From: a virus
Lineage: Duplodnaviria > Caudoviricetes
Direction: 5' to 3' (one strand)
Length of the DNA stretch: 64,000 nt
Virus record (IMG/VR): IMGVR_UViG_3300046517_000603
Span: 371 to 64,370 of that record
How positions within the stretch are numbered: position 1 is the stretch's first letter; every line of letters begins with the position of its first letter. A program made the translations under genes and the position numbers. Below the pieces are notes generated by a model. The model was given only the letters and a program-made list of their open reading frames with translations. It did no database searches and had not been told where the DNA came from. This document shows, piece after piece, positions 8,118-16,038 of the stretch.

Positions 8118-8438
8118 GCGAAAGAGAAGTCACGCTCGAAGCGGTGGCAGGAAGCCATCGACAAAGCCAAGGAGATGTTCGAGTTGATCCGAAACGCCGG
8201 TGATGAACTAGCGTCTGCGTGCTCCGAGCTACACGAAATTCAACAGGAGTATCAGGACTGGCTCGACAACTTGCCCGAGAATCTGGAGAACAGTGCCCTG
8301 GGCGAGAAGCTCCAAGCTGTCTGCGACATCGACATCGAGAGCCTAGCGGATGATCCGTTGTCCGATTGGCCAAATCTGGAAAGCACACTCGAAGAAGCTG
8401 AGTCGACGGAACTGCCGATGGGCTTCGGGAGGGACTAA
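8115..8438 (+). CDS. hypothetical coiled-coil protein
   Basis: EEYQDWLDNLPENLENS.LGEKL-type motif ending GFGRD. Confidence 0.75.
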   Translation: MAKEKSRSKRWQEAIDKAKEMFELIRNAGDELASACSELHEIQQEYQDWLDNLPENLENSALGEKLQAVCDIDIESLADDPLSDWPNLESTLEEAESTELPMGFGRD

Positions 8439-8603
8439 ATGGACAAGCCAGCCAATTACGTCATCGTCAAGTGCGAGTCAGAAGACGAGGCTCAGAAGCT
8501 CCTCGACCACGTCGTGGATGAGTTCGAGTCGGCGACGGTCTGGCCGTACCTGGCATTTGATGACGGCTTCGGTCACTTCGTCCGGAAGGGCGAGGCCGAA
8601 TAG
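8439..8603 (+). CDS. small hypothetical protein (54 aa)
   Basis: GGAGG RBS; MDKPANYVIVKCES…. Confidence 0.6.
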   Translation: MDKPANYVIVKCESEDEAQKLLDHVVDEFESATVWPYLAFDDGFGHFVRKGEAE

Positions 8604-8606
8604 TCT

Positions 8607-8740
8607 CAGCGCTGTGAGTCAGAATCCCTGCTAACACAAGGATTCTGGCTCAGAGTGGCTAAGGGACTAGCCATTCTACCGCCGATTAGGTATGATATCG
8701 GCGGCCAGATTCACCACCACTACCAGAAGGAGGGATCATG
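8607..8740 (+). promoter_or_regulatory. Double-hairpin leader copy + third hairpin/possible promoter + RBS
   Basis: TGAGTCAGAATCC/GGATTCTGGCTCA; GAGTGGCTA/TAGCCATTC; CCGCCGAT/ATCGGCGG around TATGAT (TAGCCA-17-TATGAT); AGAAGGAGGGATCATG. Confidence 0.7.
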
Positions 8741-9274
8741 GCCAGAGTCCCAGTCGAGCTGGATCCAGCTCAAATCTCAGCTGCCGCAAAGGCAATTGGG
8801 AAGTTCGATGACGAGGATTCCGACAGCTCGAAGATCCAAGCTGTCGAGAAAGCCGTCAAGGGAGTTTCACCCATGATGGCTGCTCGTCTCGTGTACGCGG
8901 CAGAGGTCAAGCTCGACCCGTCGCTCAAGTTCAAGGCCACCGCGAAGAACATCGTGCAGGCACGTGAGCCTGTCGCGGAAGGTGGAATGGGCATGAGGTG
9001 GGAGCGCGTTGTGGCTCGCACCGGCTTGGCCTCCATAGGTGAGGTCAAGAACGTCCTCTTGGACGCCGGGGTTGACCCGGACGAGACGTATGTTGGTCGT
9101 GGCAAGAGAACAATCGCCAACGGCAACAGCTTCTCGCCCAAGGCCAAGAAGGCAGAGGCTGAGAAGCCGAAGCGTGGGCCTGGACGACCCAAGAAGTCCG
9201 AGACTGATGCGGACGCGACGGGAACCAAGGTGCGCAAGCGGCAGGCGTTGAAGCCGCGCCCTTCGCGCACGTAG
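8738..9274 (+). CDS. putative DNA-binding protein with AT-hook
   Basis: C-terminal basic tail with KRGPGRPKK (GRP-core AT-hook). Confidence 0.7.
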   Translation: MARVPVELDPAQISAAAKAIGKFDDEDSDSSKIQAVEKAVKGVSPMMAARLVYAAEVKLDPSLKFKATAKNIVQAREPVAEGGMGMRWERVVARTGLASIGEVKNVLLDAGVDPDETYVGRGKRTIANGNSFSPKAKKAEAEKPKRGPGRPKKSETDADATGTKVRKRQALKPRPSRT

Positions 9275-9321
9275 ATACGGATGTAGAATACATAGCCCTG
9301 CTGGAAGGTAGAACCTTCACT

Positions 9322-9654
9322 GTGAAGTCTGAACTGATGAACAACGACGGTGAAACGTCGATAACGGGCGTCAGTGATTATCACTGCGAGAAGTTTCTAC
9401 GCTTTCTTCCAGCAGGGCAAACCGAAAAGGGATTCAGGGCAAGACCGTTGATCCAATTCTATCGCGACCGCTACACATATCGGGGTCGTGACGGATTTGG
9501 ACACATGCATACGATCTGCCCTGATGACATCATCCGTGTCAAGGGCTTCACCGAGGCGCAGATCAAGCAGCGGATCATCCAGATTCGGCGAGGATTGCCG
9601 GTTCAGGAGGAGAAGCCGCCGAAGGTGCGTCGTCGGAAGCAACTCAAGAAGTGA
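9322..9654 (+). CDS. hypothetical basic protein
   Basis: 110-aa ORF filling the gap; start/RBS unclear. Confidence 0.5.
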   Translation: MKSELMNNDGETSITGVSDYHCEKFLRFLPAGQTEKGFRARPLIQFYRDRYTYRGRDGFGHMHTICPDDIIRVKGFTEAQIKQRIIQIRRGLPVQEEKPPKVRRRKQLKK

Positions 9655-9808
9655 GCGGTGGGCGGGGGAACCCGCCCAACTGCTCTGCTGCACGAGGCGG
9701 GAGGATGGGCAATACGGCCGTAACGGGCGCTGCCTACTGACACTTAGGTGAACCCGTGTCCGCCCGCCTCGTGGAGCAGAACGCTCCAATCCCGAAGGGA
9801 GGGTTTCG
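9653..9808 (+). ncRNA. putative structured 5' leader of the helicase gene
   Basis: GGGCGGG-GGAA-CCCGCCC hairpin followed by a 22-bp long-range stem 9684-9705/9759-9780 (2 mismatches) enclosing inner stems. Confidence 0.55.
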
Positions 9809-11689
9809 ATGGGTAAGACCATCTATGCTGAAGTCGATGACTCCGGCCGCAGGATTTGGCTGAGATTCGACTACGACTACGGCATAAAGGAAAAGATCAA
9901 GCGCAAGGTGCCAAACAGCCGGTTTATAGCCCCGGACAAAGGTGGCCCCGCCTGGTCTGTGCCTCTAGACCTAATCGTCGCTCGCCAGTTGCGAGAGCTG
10001 TTCGGACAAAGCCTCCAGCTAGGCCCGAAACTGCTCCAGTGGGGCAGGGACGAGGTTCAGCGGGAGCGTAATCTGAGCGGGCTCGCTCTGGCGGAAGACG
10101 CTGAGTTGGTCCACTGTCCGATTGATTTGCCCGAGATGTGCGATCTGATCAAGGGCGATGGGACTGAAGAACGTCCCGATCGGAAGTACCAGCGCGCCGA
10201 CATTGCGTTCATGGCTGCGACTAACGCCGGCAACTTGAACCAGATGGGCCTCGGGAAGACAATTGAGGTTATCGGCGCAATCTACGAGGCAGAGCTAGCG
10301 AATGGACCACACTTGATTATCGCTCCGAAGACAGCTCTGGAGACTGTGTGGCGATTCGAGCTTGAACGGTGGACTGACATCCCTGTCTTCACGCTCTACA
10401 GCGAGACGCCGAGCGCGGAGCGCAACGCTCTGCCTCAGCTGATTGCGAAAGCGATGGAAGATTGGGAAGCCTACGCATTCGTGACGACGGCGAGCATGCT
10501 CCGCTCTAAGAAGTGGCGCGAGATGTTCCTTGAACGCGAATGGAACACGTTCACCATCGATGAGTACCACAAGACGGGGCTCTGCGAGCCTACGTCACAG
10601 TTTGCTAAGCTAGCGAAGGCGATCAAAGCAGAACGGCGCATCCCGATGTCTGGGACGCCGATGGGCGGTAAGCCGGTTAAGCTGTGGAGTGCCTTGAACT
10701 TCATCGATCCCGACCGCTTCAGCTCGAAGTGGAAGTGGGCTGAGCAATGGTTGATCATCTCGTCCGGGTTTAGAGACCACAAGGTCATCGAAGGACTGAA
10801 GCCGGGCATCGAGTCCAAGTTCTACGAAGCTCATGCTCCGTATCTGGTACGTCGATTGAAGTCGGAAGTAGCGTCTCAGCTGCCTCCGAAACAGCACGTT
10901 GACGTGTGGTGCGAGATGACGCCAGCTCAGAACAAGCAGTATCGCGAGTTTGCGGCAGCTGCTGAGATCCGCATCGAGGAGAATCATCTGTCTGCGACTA
11001 ACATCCTGACGGAATATCTCCGGCTGAAGCAGTTCTCAAACGCCGTCTGCCTCGTGCATGAATACACAGTCGATTGTAAGCACAATAAGAACGAAGGTGA
11101 TAAGCTCGGCTGTGAAGATTGCATGGGGTCAGGAATCGTAGTCAAACAGAAGCTAATCCCTCAAGAGGACTCTGGTAAGCTACCACACCTACTTGAGAAC
11201 CTCAACGAGCTAGGCATCGACCCAACAGATCCCGAGGGCGACGCACAAACCGTGATCGCCTCGCAGTTCAGGGAGATGATCGAGATGGTCGCGCGCTGGC
11301 TAGAGAAGCAAGGAATCCCAGTTGCGTTGATCACGGGCTCTGTCAAAGGCAAGGATCGTGTGCGGATTCAGCGCGAGTTTCAGGACGGAACTGGCCCGCG
11401 TGTCGTTTGTATGACGACGACTGCCGGTGGAGTATCAATCACACTTGACCGGGCCGATACCGTACACATTCTAGATGAGACTTGGAACCCCGATGACCAG
11501 GAACAGCTGGAGGATAGAATCCACCGGATTTCCAGGGTTCATCAAGTGACTTGCTACTACTATCGGAGTCGAAATACCGTTGAACAATACATTGCGGAAA
11601 CGACGGCCGATAAAAGCAAGTTGAACGACATCGTGTTGGATGTGCATCGTAAGGCGATGCGACAACTCAAAAATCACAAGAAATCATAG
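9809..11689 (+). CDS. SNF2-family (SF2) DNA helicase/translocase
   Basis: MGLGKT Walker A, IDEYH, SGTP, LVRRLK, GGVSITL, WNP…Q.EDRIHRI. Confidence 0.9.
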   Translation: MGKTIYAEVDDSGRRIWLRFDYDYGIKEKIKRKVPNSRFIAPDKGGPAWSVPLDLIVARQLRELFGQSLQLGPKLLQWGRDEVQRERNLSGLALAEDAELVHCPIDLPEMCDLIKGDGTEERPDRKYQRADIAFMAATNAGNLNQMGLGKTIEVIGAIYEAELANGPHLIIAPKTALETVWRFELERWTDIPVFTLYSETPSAERNALPQLIAKAMEDWEAYAFVTTASMLRSKKWREMFLEREWNTFTIDEYHKTGLCEPTSQFAKLAKAIKAERRIPMSGTPMGGKPVKLWSALNFIDPDRFSSKWKWAEQWLIISSGFRDHKVIEGLKPGIESKFYEAHAPYLVRRLKSEVASQLPPKQHVDVWCEMTPAQNKQYREFAAAAEIRIEENHLSATNILTEYLRLKQFSNAVCLVHEYTVDCKHNKNEGDKLGCEDCMGSGIVVKQKLIPQEDSGKLPHLLENLNELGIDPTDPEGDAQTVIASQFREMIEMVARWLEKQGIPVALITGSVKGKDRVRIQREFQDGTGPRVVCMTTTAGGVSITLDRADTVHILDETWNPDDQEQLEDRIHRISRVHQVTCYYYRSRNTVEQYIAETTADKSKLNDIVLDVHRKAMRQLKNHKKS

Positions 11690-11721
11690 CTGCCCGCCAA
11701 AGGGAGGGGAAATAAGCATAG

Positions 11722-11990
11722 TAAAAACCCCTGATTTCCAGGGCTTTTCAATACCACTTTGGAGCTCTCCGAAGTAGGTAATGTGAAAGTACCTGGAAAT
11801 CGGGGGTTTTTTTTGTGTGCTGAATTGGCCCAAACCCAAAAACACATTTATAGCGCGCGGGCGGGCGGGGAGGAAAAAAACCTCTAGTAGATCATCACTA
11901 CTCCTACGCGCGTACACGAGCGCGAGTATGCGCGTAGGAGGAGCTGCCTCGCGCGTAAGGCGGGCGGGCGTCGCGCGCGTGCAATTCCCG
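11722..11990. promoter_or_regulatory. noncoding control element A (possible origin/promoter)
   Basis: Inverted repeat AAAAACCCCTGATTTCCAGG/CCTGGAAATCGGGGGTTTTT; CTCCTACGCGCGTAC/GTATGCGCGTAGGAG; CG-alternating runs; related to 62572-62850. Confidence 0.55.
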
Positions 11991-12126
11991 AAGCTGAGCA
12001 GGGCTGAGAATCGGCCGTTTCCGGGGGTTTATAAGTCATCATCGAATCGGCTTTACTTCTCAGGCGAGGTCGTATAGGCTCCCCGAGTCGGTTCGCCGCC
12101 GACAGGGATCGTGTCAAAGGAGGGAA

Positions 12127-13143
12127 ATGCCGCAATCTCGCGTGACAATTCCGCGACTAAGAACGTCAGAAAGAGGAGCGTTTGAAAGGTGCCACTTTCA
12201 GTGGTACCTTGCCTACGTTCTAAAACGCCGACCGAATATTGAGCGGCCGCCATTGCGGTTCGGGACTCTCATCCACGCAGCTCTGGCGGCGTACTACATT
12301 CCCGGTCAAAAACGCGGGCCTCATCCAGCCAGAACCTTCAAACAGCTCTACAAACAGGACGCAGAAGCCGCAGGCGAATTCGGCTTCAAGGTCTGGGAGG
12401 ATGAGATCTGGGCTGACGCTGAAACGCTCGGCCCGGACATGCTGGAGCATTACGTTGACTACTACGGGAGGGACGACGACTGGAATGTTCTGGTTACCGA
12501 GCATCCATTCACCATCAAAGTTCGACACGACGTTCCTTTTGTCTACACAGGAGTGCTCGATCTCGTTGCGCGCCACCGCCCGACCAATAAGCTCTGGATG
12601 TGGGATCATAAGTCAGCGGCGGGCATTGAGCGCGACCCGAAGTGGCTGCTCTTGGACGATCAAGCGGGCGCGTATTGGACATTCGGCCTGGAGTGGTTGT
12701 ACCGGCAAGGATTCCTAAAGCGCAAGGATAAGCTCGCCGGGATCATGTTCAATTTCCTCCGGAAGCAGTACCGGGATGATCGCCCGAAGAACGACGCCGG
12801 ATTGAGCCTGAACCAGGACGGCTCTGTCAGTGGGAAGCAGCCCGCGCCCTACTTTGACCGCAAAATGGTCTTCCGCGATGAGGATGACCGGAGATCGGTC
12901 TATGAGCGCGTACAGAAGCAGTGGCCCCAGATCCACGCCGCCACTCAGAGCGCCTCCACGTTCGGCGACGCGAGCGATCTCATCTACAAGAACGCGAACA
13001 AGTTCAATTGTCAAAGCTGCGGGATGTTCGATATCTGCGAGCTACACGAAATGAGGAAGGACTGGCGCGAGTTAATGGAAGCTACAACTCAGACCTGGAA
13101 TCCGTACGCGGAGCACGAGATCAGAGCGGCAGAGCAAAAATGA
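12127..13143 (+). CDS. PD-(D/E)xK RecB/Cas4-like exonuclease
   Basis: FERC…GTLIH…TEH…GVLD…DHKS…CQSC…C. Confidence 0.85.
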   Translation: MPQSRVTIPRLRTSERGAFERCHFQWYLAYVLKRRPNIERPPLRFGTLIHAALAAYYIPGQKRGPHPARTFKQLYKQDAEAAGEFGFKVWEDEIWADAETLGPDMLEHYVDYYGRDDDWNVLVTEHPFTIKVRHDVPFVYTGVLDLVARHRPTNKLWMWDHKSAAGIERDPKWLLLDDQAGAYWTFGLEWLYRQGFLKRKDKLAGIMFNFLRKQYRDDRPKNDAGLSLNQDGSVSGKQPAPYFDRKMVFRDEDDRRSVYERVQKQWPQIHAATQSASTFGDASDLIYKNANKFNCQSCGMFDICELHEMRKDWRELMEATTQTWNPYAEHEIRAAEQK

Positions 13144-13913
13144 CGCTCTACGTCCCTAGCCGCCGCCGACCGCAACTCATGGCGAGGATTCTTCCCGCGC
13201 TCCAGGCGACTGGTCTGCCCGTAACTGTGGTGATTGAGCGCGAAGATCTGGACGACTACCGTGGGGTCATCGGGTCATCCTTTCAGATGTACGTGCTCCC
13301 CAGAAGCGGTCAAGGTATCTCCTACGCACGGCGCCAGATCCTACGCATCGCGGCGCGTCGGGACGAGAACGAGATCATTATGTGCGACGATGACGTTGAG
13401 CCTCCCCCGAACGTTCAGAAACTCACGCTATTCCTGGGCAGGCGCCGCAAAATAGCGGGAGTCGGTTGCTGGTTTCCGATCTATCAGCACTTTGGCGGAT
13501 ACGAGCCGAACACTGGCCCTCAGGTTCATAGTGGTGCGATGGGGAAGCGGCTAATCGCTATTCGGCCCAGACGAGCGCTGGAACTTGGATGCTATTCAAC
13601 TCCTCTCCAGGCGAACGACGACAACGACCTGGTGATGCGCCACTTACGCGCTGGTTACGTCCCTTGGTACATTCATACTGACGTTCAGGGGAATTCTCTG
13701 GCGCTCCGTTCCGCTCCGGGAGGAATTGAGTCCATGCCCGGAACGATGGAGGAGAAGAACGCTCACGACCTTGATCTCATAACGCGCGAATTCGGGGCAG
13801 GCTTGGCCTCGTACTCAAAGCGCGGCGGTATTCGCTTCAGCTGGAAGAAGATGTATCAGCAATGGCATCCGAAGATTGAGTACAGTCAGCTCTCTCCGAA
13901 AGGGAAGCTATGA
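13140..13913 (+). CDS. GT-A glycosyltransferase, TET/JBP-associated (TAGT/GREB1-like) type
   Basis: LYVPSRRRP…VVIE.ED.DDY…GISYARRQI…IMCDDDV…NDD.DL…GG pattern. Confidence 0.7.
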   Translation: MTLYVPSRRRPQLMARILPALQATGLPVTVVIEREDLDDYRGVIGSSFQMYVLPRSGQGISYARRQILRIAARRDENEIIMCDDDVEPPPNVQKLTLFLGRRRKIAGVGCWFPIYQHFGGYEPNTGPQVHSGAMGKRLIAIRPRRALELGCYSTPLQANDDNDLVMRHLRAGYVPWYIHTDVQGNSLALRSAPGGIESMPGTMEEKNAHDLDLITREFGAGLASYSKRGGIRFSWKKMYQQWHPKIEYSQLSPKGKL

Positions 13914-14059
13914 CGTACTATGTCGATTGTCCGAGCTGCGCGAAGCTACGCCCGTGGGCCAAGAGGCCCGAGCTAGTCGTGAAGGGTGAGAAGAAGTGTC
14001 GTTATTGCGGCACGAGAGTGATTCGGAAAATCCGACGGAAAAACCCCCGAATTGCTTAG
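13910..14059 (+). CDS. small Zn-ribbon protein (49 aa)
   Basis: ATGA overlap; CPSC…CRYCG. Confidence 0.6.
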   Translation: MTYYVDCPSCAKLRPWAKRPELVVKGEKKCRYCGTRVIRKIRRKNPRIA

Positions 14060-14104
14060 GTGTGGAAAATTGGTTTTTAGTTGCATCGAATTGGGAGGTC
14101 GGAC

Positions 14105-14899
14105 GTGGCGAAACCAGACGCAATAAAACCGATCGAGTCTAGTAAGCATATCAACATTCTGCTCTACGGCGATCCGGGTGCGCGCAAAACGACGTTCGCC
14201 GGTAGCGGGGGCGCAGGGACTCTGATCCTCCATCCGCACGTCGAGCATATGGATCCGATCGTCAACTCGGGAGCGGATCACTGGCTCATCCACGACTGGT
14301 CTGAGATGCAAGAAGCTCTCTCCTGGGCTCGACACGAGGGCGATGCGTACCGATGGATCTGGCTCGACTCGATCTCTTGCTGGCAAGACGTGGGCCTTGA
14401 CGACATCTTCGCGGTCGCGAAGGAACGCAATCCGCGTCGCGCGACGGCGTTCTGGGACAAAGGCGACTACGGCGTCAACATGGGTCGGATCGCGGAGTGG
14501 GTTCGGTTCATGATGGGGTGCGACCTGTTCAACTTCGGTATCACCGCCCATCAGTTCTGGGTGGAAGTTCAGGAGGGCGAGCCGGATACCCACGGCCCGA
14601 ATTACATCGAGCGCATGATGCCGTGGATTCAGGGGAAAGGCATGCCTCAAAGGATTGCCGGCTATATGCAGATGGTCGGCTACAGCACCGTCCACGAATC
14701 AAAGAAACGGAAAGGAGAGCAGTATGTAAAGACTCGGTTCCGAGGCAACGTCAACTTCTACGCGAAGGATCAGTTCCATGCCTTCCCGAGCGGACAGGTC
14801 ATTGACCTGACAGTTCCTAAGCTAGAAGCTGCGGTTGCTGCTGCGAAGAAGACCAAGTCCACCACTACCGGAAGAAGGAGCAAAGTTGCCAACAATTAG
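14105..14899 (+). CDS. AAA_24/Sak4-like ATPase (recombinase)
   Basis: LLYGDPGARKT Walker A, WLDS Walker B, ITAH, YAKD; adjacent to SSB. Confidence 0.8.
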   Translation: MAKPDAIKPIESSKHINILLYGDPGARKTTFAGSGGAGTLILHPHVEHMDPIVNSGADHWLIHDWSEMQEALSWARHEGDAYRWIWLDSISCWQDVGLDDIFAVAKERNPRRATAFWDKGDYGVNMGRIAEWVRFMMGCDLFNFGITAHQFWVEVQEGEPDTHGPNYIERMMPWIQGKGMPQRIAGYMQMVGYSTVHESKKRKGEQYVKTRFRGNVNFYAKDQFHAFPSGQVIDLTVPKLEAAVAAAKKTKSTTTGRRSKVANN

Positions 14900-15665
14900 G
14901 TACGACGTCAGCGGAGTTGAGGGTGGCGGTGGAGAGCAGCCGCAGCCTGGAACATACAACGCTGAAATCACGGAAGTCGAGCATCGCACCGAGCGAGCCG
15001 ACGGCACGAAGATCGACGGCAAAGGCGACATTCACGTCGTACTGAACGTCGGGAGCGACTACGCGCGGCTCCATACATACGTCGGCATGTACGACGCGAC
15101 GGCGTGGAAACTCCGGGAGTTCATCGACGCTCTCGATATGGGAGAGAAGGGCTCCCTCAACACGACTAAGCTTGTCGGCCAGAAGCTCCGTGTCCTGATC
15201 GCCAAGGACGAGTACGAAGGAGCATACAAGGCTCGCGTCAAGACCTTCCTCAAGGCCAAGGACGGAGATGAGGCAGACGAGGAGGAGGAGACTGACGAGG
15301 AGGAGCCAGAAGAGGAGGAGGTTGAAGAAGACGAGGAGGAAGAAGAAGATGAAGTTGAAGAGGAGGAGGAGCCAGAAGAGGATGAGGCTGATCCCCTCGA
15401 CGACATGGATCGCTCCGAGCTGAAGAAGCACATCAAGTCGGAAGGGATCGAAGTCAAGGTCACGACGAAGATGTCCGACGACGACATTCGCGAGGCGATC
15501 CGCGCGCAATCAAGCGACGACGGCGACGACTACGATGAGTGGTCGCTCGCGGAGCTGAAGGAGCAGTTCGAGCAACGCGACCTGAAGCTCAAGAAGGGTG
15601 ACAAGGCAACCAAGGCCGCACTCATCGCGGCCCTGCGCGCCGACGACGCAGAAGAGCCATTCTGA
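14886..15665 (+). CDS. ssDNA-binding protein (DUF669-like) with acidic linker and C-terminal helical domains
   Basis: PGTYNAEITEVE…WKLREF.DAL…LVGQKL; Glu-rich tract; ends EEPF. Confidence 0.7.
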   Translation: MPTIRYDVSGVEGGGGEQPQPGTYNAEITEVEHRTERADGTKIDGKGDIHVVLNVGSDYARLHTYVGMYDATAWKLREFIDALDMGEKGSLNTTKLVGQKLRVLIAKDEYEGAYKARVKTFLKAKDGDEADEEEETDEEEPEEEEVEEDEEEEEDEVEEEEEPEEDEADPLDDMDRSELKKHIKSEGIEVKVTTKMSDDDIREAIRAQSSDDGDDYDEWSLAELKEQFEQRDLKLKKGDKATKAALIAALRADDAEEPF

Positions 15666-15674
15666 GGAGGCATC

Positions 15675-16037
15675 TTGTTCTACGAATGGTTTGACAGAGT
15701 CGAGGGAAAGATCAACTCGATCAACAAGAAGCTCAACCACATTCTAAGGGAGGTACGACACTTGTCAGTCGATCAAGCCACATTCGATCAGCACCTTCAG
15801 GATCTATCTCAGGGCATCGAGGATCTGGTCTCGGCCGTCCAGGCGAAGCTGTCCGCAATTCCAGCGGCAGACTTCACCGAGGAAGACGCGGTGCTCCAGG
15901 CTGCATCTCAGAAGGTGAAGGACGCTATGGACACGATCAACCCGAACGTGCCCGACCCGGCACCCGCCGACGGTGGCGATGTTCCGCCGCCTGACACGGC
16001 CCCGACCGGCGATGAGCCGCAGGTGAATCCCCTGTAG
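15675..16037 (+). CDS. coiled-coil hypothetical protein
   Basis: GAGGAGG RBS; second possible start TTG 15762 with GGGAGGT RBS. Confidence 0.65.
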   Translation: MFYEWFDRVEGKINSINKKLNHILREVRHLSVDQATFDQHLQDLSQGIEDLVSAVQAKLSAIPAADFTEEDAVLQAASQKVKDAMDTINPNVPDPAPADGGDVPPPDTAPTGDEPQVNPL

Positions 16038-16038
16038 C

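Noticed and set aside
9334-9377. Hammerhead-like core: CTGATGA(9334-9340)…GAAA(9352-9355)…GTC(9370-9372) with a plausible stem III
   Set aside because: Stem II has only 2 bp and stem I cannot close next to the core (A opposite A). It lies in an ORF, and such a match can arise by chance in a genome this size.
72-9811. Early hairpins as ordinary intrinsic terminators or a true integron
   Set aside because: No U-tracts, and the hairpins come as fixed pairs tied to the RBS. No tyrosine recombinase or attC RYYYAAC/GTTRRRY boxes were seen. Not fully excluded, since actinobacterial terminators can lack U-tracts.
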